Shown in pieces: positions 1-23,844 of a stretch of DNA of 64,000 nt. How positions within the stretch are numbered: the first letter of the stretch is position 1; each line of letters starts with the position of its first letter. This DNA is from the human T2T-CHM13v2.0 reference genome, Homo sapiens. The notes under the pieces are model-generated. The model was not told the origin of the DNA. It ran no database searches and saw nothing but the letters and a program-made list of their open reading frames with translations. The stretch lies in NCBI RefSeq assembly GCF_009914755.1, contig NC_060946.1; one strand, written 5' to 3'. The position numbers were made by a program, and so were the translations under genes.

Positions 1-32
1 GGTTGGTTCCAAGTCTTTGCTGTTGTGAATAG
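1..32 (-). mobile_element. L1 fragment (antisense), cut by window edge
   Basis: ggttggttccaagtctttgctgttgtgaatag resembles antisense L1P sequence; very short. Confidence 0.55.
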
Positions 33-235
33 GAGCACATCCTCCTGATTCAACAATGAGATCATCGTCCACTGTTCTGTTCAGGACTACTGAAAGGTCC
101 CAGGCTGCTAAGACAATCTCGAATTCTCTCAACACCCCACAGCTTGTCAATACTGGAGGTATTCTGGTGATTTTTTTTTTTGGAAAGTGGCTATTTATAT
201 ATCACAAGGTTTCTTGATTACAAAAGCAGTCAACT

Positions 236-791
<556 letters not shown>

Positions 792-1044
792 CTACCTGCT
801 CTCTTTCCCCATTCCTGTTATATAGATTACTTCTTACCTCCCCAGGTACCCTGGAAGGTCAGGGTCTTCCCTTCTTCCTTCTATTTAAATAAAACAATAT
901 GAGAAAACTGGTTGACAGGTGGTTCCAAGCATCAGTGGGGTGAAAAAACAATACTCTTCGTGATGTGGGTAACACCAGGAAAAAAAAATCAGTGTCTCTT
1001 GTCCATAGGTTCTCATCATTTAGCTCTCACTTTTATTTTTAATT

Positions 1045-1677
<633 letters not shown>

Positions 1678-2042
1678 GCTCCCACTTTTAACTGAAAACG
1701 TATGGTATTTAGTTTTCTGTTCCTGCATTGGTTTGCTAAGCATACCATACCTCCAGCTGTGTTCCTGCAAAGGATATGAGCTCATACTTTTTTATGGCTG
1801 CATAGTATTCCATGCATATGTGGCACATTTTCTTTAAGGGTGCAGGTTGGGAGGAGGGAATGGATCAGAAAAAAATAACTTATTGTGTACAAAGTTTGTA
1901 CCTGGGTGACAAAATAATCTGTACAACAAAACCCTATGACATGAGTTTACCTATATAACAAACCCACACATGTACCCCTGGACCTAAAATAAAAGTGTTT
2001 TTGTTTGTTTGTTTGTTTGTTTTTGTTGTGTTTGTATGTTTG

Positions 2043-2123
2043 TTTGAGATGGAGTCTCTGCCTTTGTTGCTCAGGCCAGAGTACAGTGGTGCAATCTTGG
2101 CTCACTGCAACCTCCACCTCCCA
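2043..2123 (-). mobile_element. Truncated Alu right-arm fragment
   Basis: gagatggagtctc...ctcactgcaacctccacctccc then stops. Confidence 0.75.
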
Positions 2124-2164
2124 GAAAAAGAAAGCAAATACGGCAAACAGCATCAGCTTTTTAG

Positions 2165-3360
2165 AAGAAGCTGGAGCTTCTGGTGGGTGGACCATGCTGG
2201 AGCTTCTGGTGGGTGGGCGATGCTGGAGCTTCTGGTGGGTGGACCATGCTGGAGCTTCTGGTGGGTGGGCGATGCTGGAGCTTCTGGTGGGTGGACGATG
2301 CTGAATCTTCTGGTGGGTGGACCATGGTGGAGCTTCTGGTGGATAAAAAATGCTGGAGCTTCTGGTGAGTAGACCATGGTGGAGCTTCTGGTGGATAAAT
2401 TATGCTGGAGCTTCTCATGGGTAAATCATGCTGGAGCTTCTGGTAGGTGGACCATGCTGGAGCTTCTGGTGGGTGGACCATGCTGGGGCTTCTGGTGGGT
2501 GAACCATACTGGAGCTTCTGGTGGATAAATTATGCTGGAGCTTCTCATGGGTAAATCATGCTGGAGCTTCTGGTAAGTGGACCATGCTGGAGCTTCTGGT
2601 GGGTGGACCATGCTGGGGCTTCTGGTGGGTGAACCATACTGGAGCTTCTGGTAGGTGGGCCATGGTGGAGCTTCTGGTGGGTAGACCATGGTGGAGCTTC
2701 TGGTGGATGGACCATGCTGAGCTTCTGGTGAGTGAAGCATGCTGGAATTTCTGGTAGGTGGACCATGGTGGAGCTTCTGGTGGGTGGAGCATGCTGGAGC
2801 TTCTGGTGGGGTAAATCATGCTGGAGCTTCTGGTGGGTAAATCATGCTGGAGCTTCTGGTGAGTAGACCATGGTGGAGCTTCTGGTGGATAAATTATGCT
2901 GGAGCTTCTCGTGGGTAAATCATGCTGGAGTTTCTGGTGGGTGGACCATGCTGGAGCTTCTCATGGGTAAATCATGCTGGAACTTCTGGTGGGTGGAACA
3001 TGCTGGAGCTTCTGGTGGGTGGACCATGCTGGAGCTTCTGGTGGGTGGACCATGGTGGAGCTTCTGGTGGGTAAATTATGCTGGAGCTTCTGGTGGGTGG
3101 ACCATGTTGGAGCCTCTGGTGGGTGGATCATGCTGAAGCTTCTGGTGGGTAAATCATGCTGGAACCTCTGGTGGGTAAATCATGCTGGAGCTTCTGGTGG
3201 GTAAATTATGTTGGAGCCTCTGGTGGGTAAATCATGCTGAAGCTTCTGGTGGGTAAATCATGCTAGAGCCTCTGGTGGGTAAATCATGCTGGAGCCTCTG
3301 GTGGGTAAATCATGCTGGAGCCTCTGGTGGGTAAATCATAATGGAGCCTCTGGTGGGTGG
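2165..3360. repeat. 26-bp VNTR, consensus CATGCTGGAGCTTCTGGTGGGT(GGAC/AAAT), ~46 copies
   Basis: Directly visible tandem units; explains the periodic ORFs on both strands. Confidence 0.95.
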
Positions 3361-3590
3361 GGTATCCACACACCTGTGGGTGCCCATTGATAGTGGGGAC
3401 TTCACCCCATGTCCCAGAATCCTGCAAGGAGGCCACACCCCCCATACATTCTTTACAGTAAGTTAATACGTCCACAGCACGCTGTGCGTTTCCCCAAAAA
3501 TGACATCGGCCAATTACACTTTCAAATCACATGCCTTCCCGATGGGCAAAACTGGAAATGTGAACACACTTTAATCCTCAGATAATGTAA

Positions 3591-5505
<1,915 letters not shown>

Positions 5506-5834
5506 AGCTACATATTTCAAAGTACTTCAGTGATATAATTCACACCAATACATCAATAACGAGATAAATAAATAACCTAAGGCATTTTTTTCAGTGTTTG
5601 CCATCGGAGTAATGGGCACACCCAAACTGGTTGTAATTTTTCTCTCCCAGTTTGCTGAGCAGAGAGGCCCAGCTTTTTCCAATGTGACTTGGGGCAAATT
5701 CACCTGGCTGTTCAGCTCAAGAGACAGAGATTAAGCCGCACTACAGCCAGGTACTGTTTCCAAGAAACTCAAGACTCCTTCCTCTGGCCCTGTGCACAGA
5801 GACAGCTGAGGATAAGACACCACCTTTACTTTAA

Positions 5835-6475
<641 letters not shown>

Positions 6476-6517
6476 TCAGGGTACCCTCTGGACTTTTAAA
6501 TAGCAGAATCCCCCTCA

Positions 6518-8943
<2,426 letters not shown>

Positions 8944-9033
8944 CTAATTCCAGGACATTTTTTGGAAGAAAAGGGATGACACTAGTGGTTTTGCGGAAGG
9001 TCAATGCCAGAGTTGAGGAAGATGTCATTTTGA

Positions 9034-10060
<1,027 letters not shown>

Positions 10061-10264
10061 CTTTATTTTATGGAGAGAAATATGCAATTTTTACATAGTG
10101 CTTTTGTTTTAAAATGCAGCTTGATCCTCAGACAATGAGAGGCAGGCATTTTACAGAAGAGACATCAGAACTTTCTAGAAGGTGGGGTGATTTTTCAGTG
10201 AGTATTCAGAGAATAAGTTGCAAAACAGAGGAAATGGCAACTTCTGAGCCTAAATTCAAGGGTT

Positions 10265-10572
10265 GGCCGAGCACAGTGGCTCACACCTGTCATCCCAACA
10301 CTTTGGGAGGCCAAGGTGGGCATATCACCTGGGGTCAGGAGTTCGAGATGAGGCTGACCAACACGGTGAAAACCTGTCTCTACTAAAAATACCAAAATTA
10401 GCCAGGCATGGTGGTGGGTGCCTGTAGTCACAGCTACTCAGGAGGTTAAGGCATAAGAATCACCTGAACCTGGGAAGCAGAGGTTGCAGTGAGCCGAGAT
10501 TGTGCCACTGCACTCCAGCCTGGGAGACAGAGCGAGACTCCATCTCCAATACATACATACATATATACATAA
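10265..10572 (+). mobile_element. Alu with (TACA)n-type tail
   Basis: ggccgagcacagtggctcac...gactccatctccaatacatacatac. Confidence 0.9.
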
Positions 10573-10973
10573 AATTAAAGTTGTTCAGCCATGTTGTCCC
10601 CGGTCCCCAAACTCTTAACTTTTTGCATTTCATAGAAAGTGCTAGGATTTACAAGGATGCCACTACCCTCGGCAGCCCACTAAGATGTAAGTGAGATGCC
10701 ACCTGTGATGGTCATTGGAGCACCTTGCCACCCTCCTCAATGGGCACCGGTGAGGAGGGTGACAGGTGCTCGGAGTTCCTGTGGGTTCTGGGATTCCAAG
10801 CTGTCACAGCGATAACCCAGGGTCGATGGTTTCCTGAGGAGTTTGGCAAGCCTCAGCCCTTGGATTCATTCCTCAACATTCGTGAAGCAAAACAGACTTT
10901 TCAAATCATGTTTAAAACAATTAGCGTGTTTACCCAAACAAAGGTTAAGCCTGCAAAGGAAAAGCGTCTGTAA

Positions 10974-11327
<354 letters not shown>

Positions 11328-11744
11328 TCAAAGCTCATCTTCTAAGGCATGCAGAAACTCAGTCAGCTCCACAGATGTGAGGTCTAAATGAGCAGTGCAA
11401 CCTTGCTTACGGAGACTCGGGAAGGCAGGGAGAACAGAGTCTTGGCCCAGGCCACCAAGGAGGAGGCAAGATGCCAGATGGAGAAGGGGTTGCCCCAAGC
11501 CCCAGGTTGACATGGAAGTTGGGAACAGCCAAACAGAGAATCTCAGGATCTCCATGGAGGCTAAGAACCTTTCATTGGAGATTCAACTTTTGCAATAAGC
11601 AGTGCTGGGTTACATAAGTGCCTAATTAAGACCCTTGGAACTAATTATATAGGACAGAGAGGAGGTGATGGTGAAGACGTGAGATTCTAAGCTGTGATGA
11701 TACTTACCACATGAGAGGATCAAGACCCACCGATGAACTCCTGG

Positions 11745-12365
11745 TAGTAGAGAGAGGATAGGCAGATAGACAGCTAGCTAGACAGATAGATAGATGACAG
11801 ATAGATAATTGATACATAGATTATAGATTCAATAGATAAATACACAGAGAATACATTAGATAGATGAATGGATAGATGGATGAATGGATAGACACAGACA
11901 TAGATAGATAGGTGGTCTTCATGTAAAGACAAGGTGTTTCTTCTGGAAGATTCATCAGGAAGGCGCCATCTTGGAGGCAAAGAAGAGCCCTCATCAGGGC
12001 TGTTTATCTATCCACCTACCTATCTATCAATAGATATTGATAGATAGGTAGGTGGATAGATAGATACATAGATGATTGATTGATAGATGATAGATGATGA
12101 ATATATAGATAGATGATAGTTGATAGATGATTGATAGAAAGATGATAGATGTTAGATACATAGATGATAGATTGATGATAGGTAGATGATAGATGAATAT
12201 ATAGATAAATGATAGATGATTGATATATAGATGATAGATGATTGATAGAAAGATGATAGATGTTAGATATATAGATACATAGATAGATAGATAGTAGACA
12301 GATCAATTGATTGATAGATGATAGGTAATAGACAGATAGGAACTCTCCAGTCAACCTAGACTTAG
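11745..12365. repeat. GATA-rich simple repeat block with inverted LTR insert
   Basis: gatagatagat repeats sharing motifs with 16,320-19,125. Confidence 0.85.
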
Positions 12366-12464
12366 CTAGTCAAGGTCCCATCTGTGGAGTTTCCAGGTGA
12401 ACGTCATCTCTATTAGCCACTGAGTCCACGTAAATCATGTATCTGCATCTGCCTGGATTTGTTT

Positions 12465-12926
12465 TCACTGCTAGAACAGAGTCCCTAAGACTGTGTGGTT
12501 TATTAAGAGCAGAGATTTATTTACTCCTGGTTCTGGAGGAGGAGAAGTCCAAGATGGAGGTACCAGCAGATTCCATATCTGATGAGGGCTGTTCTTTGAC
12601 TCCAAGATGGCACATTCCTGCTGAATTTTCCAGAAGGAAGAAACTCCTTGTCCTTACATGAAGACCAAGGCACCAGAAGGTTCCATATCTGATGAGGGCT
12701 GTTCTTTGCCTCCAAGATGGCACCTTCCTGATGAATCTTCCAGAAGGAAGAAACACCTTGTCTTTACATGAAGACCAAGGCACCAGCAGATTCCATATCT
12801 GATGAGGGCTGTTCTTTGCCTCCAAGATGGTGCCTTCCTGATGAATATTCCAGAAGGAAGAAACACCTTGTCCTTACATGGTAAAGGTGGAAGACCAAGG
12901 GAAATGAATGTTACAGGAAGCCTGTC

Positions 12927-12990
<64 letters not shown>

Positions 12991-13390
12991 TTCTCTCTCT
13001 TTCTTTCTTTCTTTTTCTTTCTTTCTTTCTCTCTTTTTTTCAAGAAGGAGTCTTGCTCTATCGCCCAGGCTGGAGCACAGTGGTGTGACCTCGGCTCACT
13101 GCAACCTCCACCTCCCAGGCTGAAACAATTCTTCTGCCTCAGCCTCCTGAGTAGCTAGGATTACAGGTGCCTGCCACCACACCCGGCTAATTTTTGTATT
13201 TTTAGCAGAGATGGGGTTTCACCATGTTGGCCAGGCTGATCTTGAACTCCTGACCTCATGATCTACCCGCCTCAGCCTCCCAAAATGCTGGGATTACAGG
13301 CATGAGCCACCATGTCTGGCCAGGAAGCCTCTTTCCTAAGGACCTTAAGCCCATTCATGAGAAAGATGCCAACATGGCCTGATCACCCCT
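12465..13390. mobile_element. MaLR LTR (MSTB-like) with internal 110-bp triplication, interrupted by an Alu (~12925-13321, minus, (CTTT)n tail)
   Basis: gagaagtccaagat...gagggc...ccaagatggc...tgtccttacatgg motifs; ttccatatct at 12571, 12681, 12791; TSD caggaagcct flanks the Alu. Confidence 0.75.
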
Positions 13391-13414
13391 TTTTTAATTC
13401 AAGTTATGTTATGT

Positions 13415-15291
<1,877 letters not shown>

Positions 15292-15842
15292 CTTACAGTC
15301 CTTTTTAACTCACTTCTAGAAGAAACCATCTCAGCCGCTTTTACACATCTGCAGCTGAGACAAGTGTGGGACACAGGTTTCCCTGGTGACCCAGGGAAGG
15401 GATCAAATTGCTGTGTCCACTTTGCAACACCAGCATCTACCAGGTGCTGCGAGGCAGAAGCTCAAAACCATGCATGACTTTCCTTGGCTTTTTTTTTTTT
15501 TAATAAACCTCTGTTCAAAAATAAACTTAACACGTTTTTCTGAGCAGCCTGAACCTGTTCCCAATTTCTTGTCCACACAATAAAAAATATACAAGTGCAT
15601 TATTTTAAGGGTGACTCTAGCTGAGCTTTCTGGGGGGAGAAAAACGGCCCCTGCCTGGAGCCAGAAGCGTGTTCGGAGCGTTTGATGGCGTTTGATGTTA
15701 AGGCAGGGGCCACCTGGGTCGGCCTGTCATCGAATGACGTTTTCACACCAGTCCCCAAAACAGGAGATCTGGAAAATCTGACATCCAAGGTTTTAGATCT
15801 TGGCTTAGAAAAATAGACATTCCAAGATGCCTGAAGTGTTTA

Positions 15843-19125
<3,283 letters not shown>

Positions 19126-20395
19126 AGATATTTTCTGTTATTTTATAAGACATAAACCTCATGAGTTCTTTTGTATCTGCTGCTGCTGTTATTCTGAAAA
19201 TAGTGTAAAGTTTTGGAGTTTTAGGTACAAGAGGACCCTGCAGATATCAGCCACCTGCTTTTCCCTCCCTTCCTGGGGAGGTTCGGTTCTGCCTAACACG
19301 CACTCTCTGGTACATCCCTGTGGGTCTCAGAGCCGCCCCCTCCTTGTCTGCAAAGAGGGAGGTGCGGTACCCACTCCGGGGACCCCCTTCATCCTTGGGG
19401 CACTCAGCGTGTGAGTCAGCTTGGCCTTCTCCTTCACAGACAAGTGGCATTGTCACAAGAGAGCGTGGGCCATTCAGGGGACTCTCACCCTCATGAGGCT
19501 GGCATTGCGTGTCACCGCGTTGGAGCCAGAGGCAACCTCAAAACGCATGGGTCCTGCTTCCCTCTTCTCAGAAATGAGGAGAACCTCTGGTAGAGATGAC
19601 TTTTGGGGGCTCGCGGGGTCGGTGCAGAGGGGGTGTCTGGGGCCGAGCTGGGACCCGGCTGTCAGGAGCCTCTTTACACTTCAGGTTGTCTGTGCCCGAG
19701 CAGATCCTGGGCTGTTGAATCATGGTAGGCAAACCACAGAACGATCTTTTGGGGTGAAACCTCAGGCTCTGTTCACTCACTGGCATCGTCAAATCACACC
19801 TGCAAAGAGCTGGCAAACTATTCCCTAAGCACAGAAATCCTCAGGCTTATTTGCGGCCATTCCGAGCCCTGCAGGTGGCTAGGGAGAGAGCCATAAGGTA
19901 TTTCTTGTGGCGGGGGCGGGGGGCCCTCTCTGGCATTCCCAGGGCTGCCCCCAGGACCTGGAATCAAGCAGGAGAAAGAAGGACATAACCGAGAGAAGGC
20001 TTCCTCTCCGTGACGCTGTGGAGTCCGGCCCCGGCGGAAAATAAACTTCTTAATACGATTGAGATCAACAGACAGGGCTTTTCTCTGTGATACATTTAAG
20101 CAAATTGAATGCAATTACCTCAATTGAATTCAGAGCAAGGCCTGCCCTGACCTTCCCTGAAGCGTTCTGCCCACTTGGAGAGCAGGCTGGGGCACACATG
20201 ACATCATCTGGACAATTTGCACATATTTATACAATTTGTCATGATGCGGTCTGCACAGGCTAGAGGCTGCGAGGTTTGCCTCCAGCACCGCTGTGAAATC
20301 AGGCCTGTGAGAATCACGTGCTGGACATATCTCTTGTGTGTGCTATTCACTTCGAATTCAAGTGTACCTAGTCACTAGTGGGGGGAGTGGGGTGG

Positions 20396-20397
<2 letters not shown>

Positions 20398-20433
<36 letters not shown>
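20398..20433. repeat. (GT)n microsatellite
   Basis: Pure TG dinucleotide run. Confidence 0.95.
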
Positions 20434-20435
<2 letters not shown>

Positions 20436-21204
20436 CGGGCAGAAGATGCAAATCCGTTGATACAAATCAACAAGCAATATTATGGTATAAGGGAGGGAAA
20501 TAAAGCCAGCAGGTGCTATAATACATGTCAAAAAAAAATCTGTTTTAGGCTTATGCCACTGTAAGACAACAGACAGCTGTGTAGAGGTGTGGCTTCAGCG
20601 ACTGCCGAGGAAGGGTTATTTGTGGGTACAGCCATGGGATGTCAGAGGTGTCTCTATTCTGACCTCAGGCACTGAGGTCCTGCCCACGAATGGCGTGGTA
20701 GCGTGGGGAATATTCGAAGGAAAACAGAGAGGTGTCTGGATGATCTGTTTTGTTGCAGGAAGCAAACCAGCATGATGCAGGCAGCCTGAACTGAGAAAAG
20801 GAGGTTTCCGGATTTCCAAAGACACACTGAGTTCGCTGACATGTATCAGGGAGAAAAGCTCATTCAGAGATCTCCGCTGTATTACAAATTTTAATTTCTC
20901 CTGGCGTGGGAGTTCACAGCAGCCTTATGGAGGGAAATTCCTCCAAGCCTGCGTGTCATAAACTGAACTACAGGGTTTAGGGTCCTCAGGCTGCCCAGGG
21001 ATGCTGGAGGTCCACAGGTCAACTGCAGGGAGATGGATTCCCCAAATGAGCAAGAGGGTTCTGATGCTCAGGAAATAGATTAGTAGCTCCAGGCAGGTGT
21101 GGCTTCATGACCGTAAGGAAATGGAAGCAAAGAGTTGTTGGGCATGTAGAACTTTCATTTCTTGCACATTTATTCAGAGACAGAGCATATGCATTTTTGG
21201 TAGA

Positions 21205-21742
21205 AAATTCAATATTGCTGTTGATCTCAAATTCAAGTGTATCTGGGCATGCATGCATACTGCTGTTCACCTCGAATTCAAGTGTAGCTGAGCACACATC
21301 TGTTCTCCTGTTTATCTCGAATTCAAGTGTTATCTGGGCATGCCTCGTGCTGCTGTTCACCTTGAAATCAAGTGTACCTGAGCACGCATCTCTTCTGCTG
21401 TTTATCTCGAATTCAAGTGTATCTGGGCATGCATCGTGCTGATGTTTACCTCGAACTCAAGTGTAGCTGGGCACACATCGTGCTGCCGTTCACCTTGAAT
21501 TCAAGTGTACCTGAGCATGCATCCATACTGCTGTTTATCTCAAATTCAAGTGTACATGGGCACGCATCTTTTGTGCTGTTTATCTCGAATTCAAGTGTAG
21601 CTGGGCACGCATGCATACTGCTGTTCACCTCGAATTCAAGTGTACCTGAGCACGCATCTGTTTTGCTGTTTATCTCCAACTCAAATGTACCTGAGCATGC
21701 ATCTGTTCTGCTGTTTACCTCGAATTCCACTGTACCTGGGTA
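21205..21742. repeat. ~45-bp minisatellite (CTCGAATTCAAGTGTA-CTG-GCA-GCAT---TGCTGTT-A-), about 12 copies
   Basis: Recurrent gaattcaagtgta core. Confidence 0.9.
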
Positions 21743-22129
21743 GGCATGCCATACTTTTATTGGTTAACTAGAGCAATTTGTAAAGCAAACTATCATCATT
21801 TTCCCCAAGTTGTAACCCTTGGCAAATCATTTCCCCGAAGTTTCAACTTTGTTGAAATGGAAGTTAAGAAATTCCACACAATGTATATATTACTGGTAAA
21901 GTTTGCCCAGTACCTGAGCCAACACCTAGGGAGGTAAGAGCAGACAGTGGAGGTTGGGGTACAGACAGATTTGGGTGACCCAGACCAAATCTGATCTTCT
22001 AGAACCAAGAAATCCCACAGAGACAGGACAAATTGGCCCGTTTGGGGCCAGCATCCTGCGGGATCCCAGACGCTTATGTTATGTGTATTTTAACACAATT
22101 TTAAAAATTGGAAAATAAAACAAAACACC

Positions 22130-22445
22130 TAGAGCCATGATCTCTAAGGCCATGTGTGTTCTGCACCTATTACTCCTCACTCACTCCATTCCAGCCCCAC
22201 TGGCCTTTTTCTGGCTCCTCAGACATGCCAAGCACTCCCTGCCTCAGGGCCTTTGCAGTGTCTGTTGCCCTCATGTGGAATGCTCTTCCCACAGATCTCT
22301 CTATGACTCTCCCTCTGTCACTTGCTCTGCTCTAATGTCTCTTTTTCAGTGAGGCCTTTCCTGATCACCCTACAGAAAAGCACCCAGCAATATTCTCTAT
22401 TCCTTTTCCTTGCCTTGTCTTGGTAGCACTTGCTCCTTGCTGACA
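22130..22445 (+). mobile_element. L2 3' region fragment
   Basis: ccagccccactggcc...cctgcctcagggcctttgca...tggaatgctcttccc typical of L2. Confidence 0.7.
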
Positions 22446-22904
22446 TATAGAAAGAATATGTGTTTATGCAATGGTGAATGTGATGACCACAGATTTTCCC
22501 CAGCCCTGTTCTAGGCAGAGACTGGGAAATGGGTCATTCCTGTCCCCTATTCCAATTCTCACCTTCTATAATGGCTTATTTTCCTTTTTAATGTTCTAAC
22601 CTAATGTCGAGCAATTTCAGTTGATTTTTTCATAAGCTGGAAGGTCCATGAAATCTCTTTCTATGGCCATTATTTTCTCAAACACTGCAGTGTCTTTTTT
22701 CAGTGTTTTCCATATATAATGATATTCCTAGGAATATCTCCTTGGCTTTCCTATCTACTTTCACCCAATGTGGTGTTCTTCATATTTCAAGTAAATTCAA
22801 TACTGCCTTCATAATTGTTGGCACCTTTAAACTTTTATTGTCCCTGATAGGTAGGTGCTCATCTTATTGGTTAAATGAATGATTTTGGCAATTTCGCTTT
22901 TTAA

Positions 22905-23207
<303 letters not shown>

Positions 23208-23844
23208 TAAAATGTCTTTTTGATAGAGTGATTTTGAAGATTAAGCAGGCTAGTGGGTCAAACACGTAGTACAACATTTGAAGCCCAAAGGCAGGGAGTG
23301 TGAGCCCCAGGTGGTGGTGGGGGGGATGAAAGGAGAAGCAGGAGACAATGGGGAATGAGACACTTGAGACTGGAACTCAGGGCTCTTCAGAGAGAGAAGC
23401 TTCCAGGTCCTGGAGAAGGGGCGAGACCCATGCGAGTCCCCTGGACGCTCAAAAGGAAGGGCCAGGTTTCCCTGACACAGAGGGCTCCGTGGTCTCCTCC
23501 CCTCCTTTTCACCTCAGGAGGGAGGGAAAGAGGGGAAGAGAAGGTCCTGCAGAGGAGGCAGGATGGCCGGTTGATGGGGGCCTTGGGCACTTTTTCCCAA
23601 GGGCTGCCTCCTGCGGCTGCCCCAGGGGCTTCCTTGAACAAGAATTCCCTGCTTTCCCGCTGAGAACCAGGGTGGGTCCTCTGTCCCTCACCATGAAGTT
23701 CAATGACTATTGGAGAGTCCGCATGAGGTGAAGGGGCTTCAGCCCAACCACTGGTCACTGCTGCACTCACTCCTCAAGAAGGACCACCAGCTGCCTGATG
23801 GTGAGCATGGAGCAGGTCTGAGTGGACCAGACTAGGGCCAAGAA

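Noticed and set aside
1995-3475. Many overlapping periodic ORFs
   Set aside because: Artefacts of the 26-bp VNTR, open on both strands in several frames.
15600-15790. Possible minus-strand pseudo-exon after a ttttccag acceptor
   Set aside because: No canonical strong donor and no recognisable protein similarity in any frame.
21205-21742. CRISPR-like repeat-spacer appearance
   Set aside because: The intervening sequences are homologous to each other rather than unique spacers, there are no cas genes, and the context is primate.
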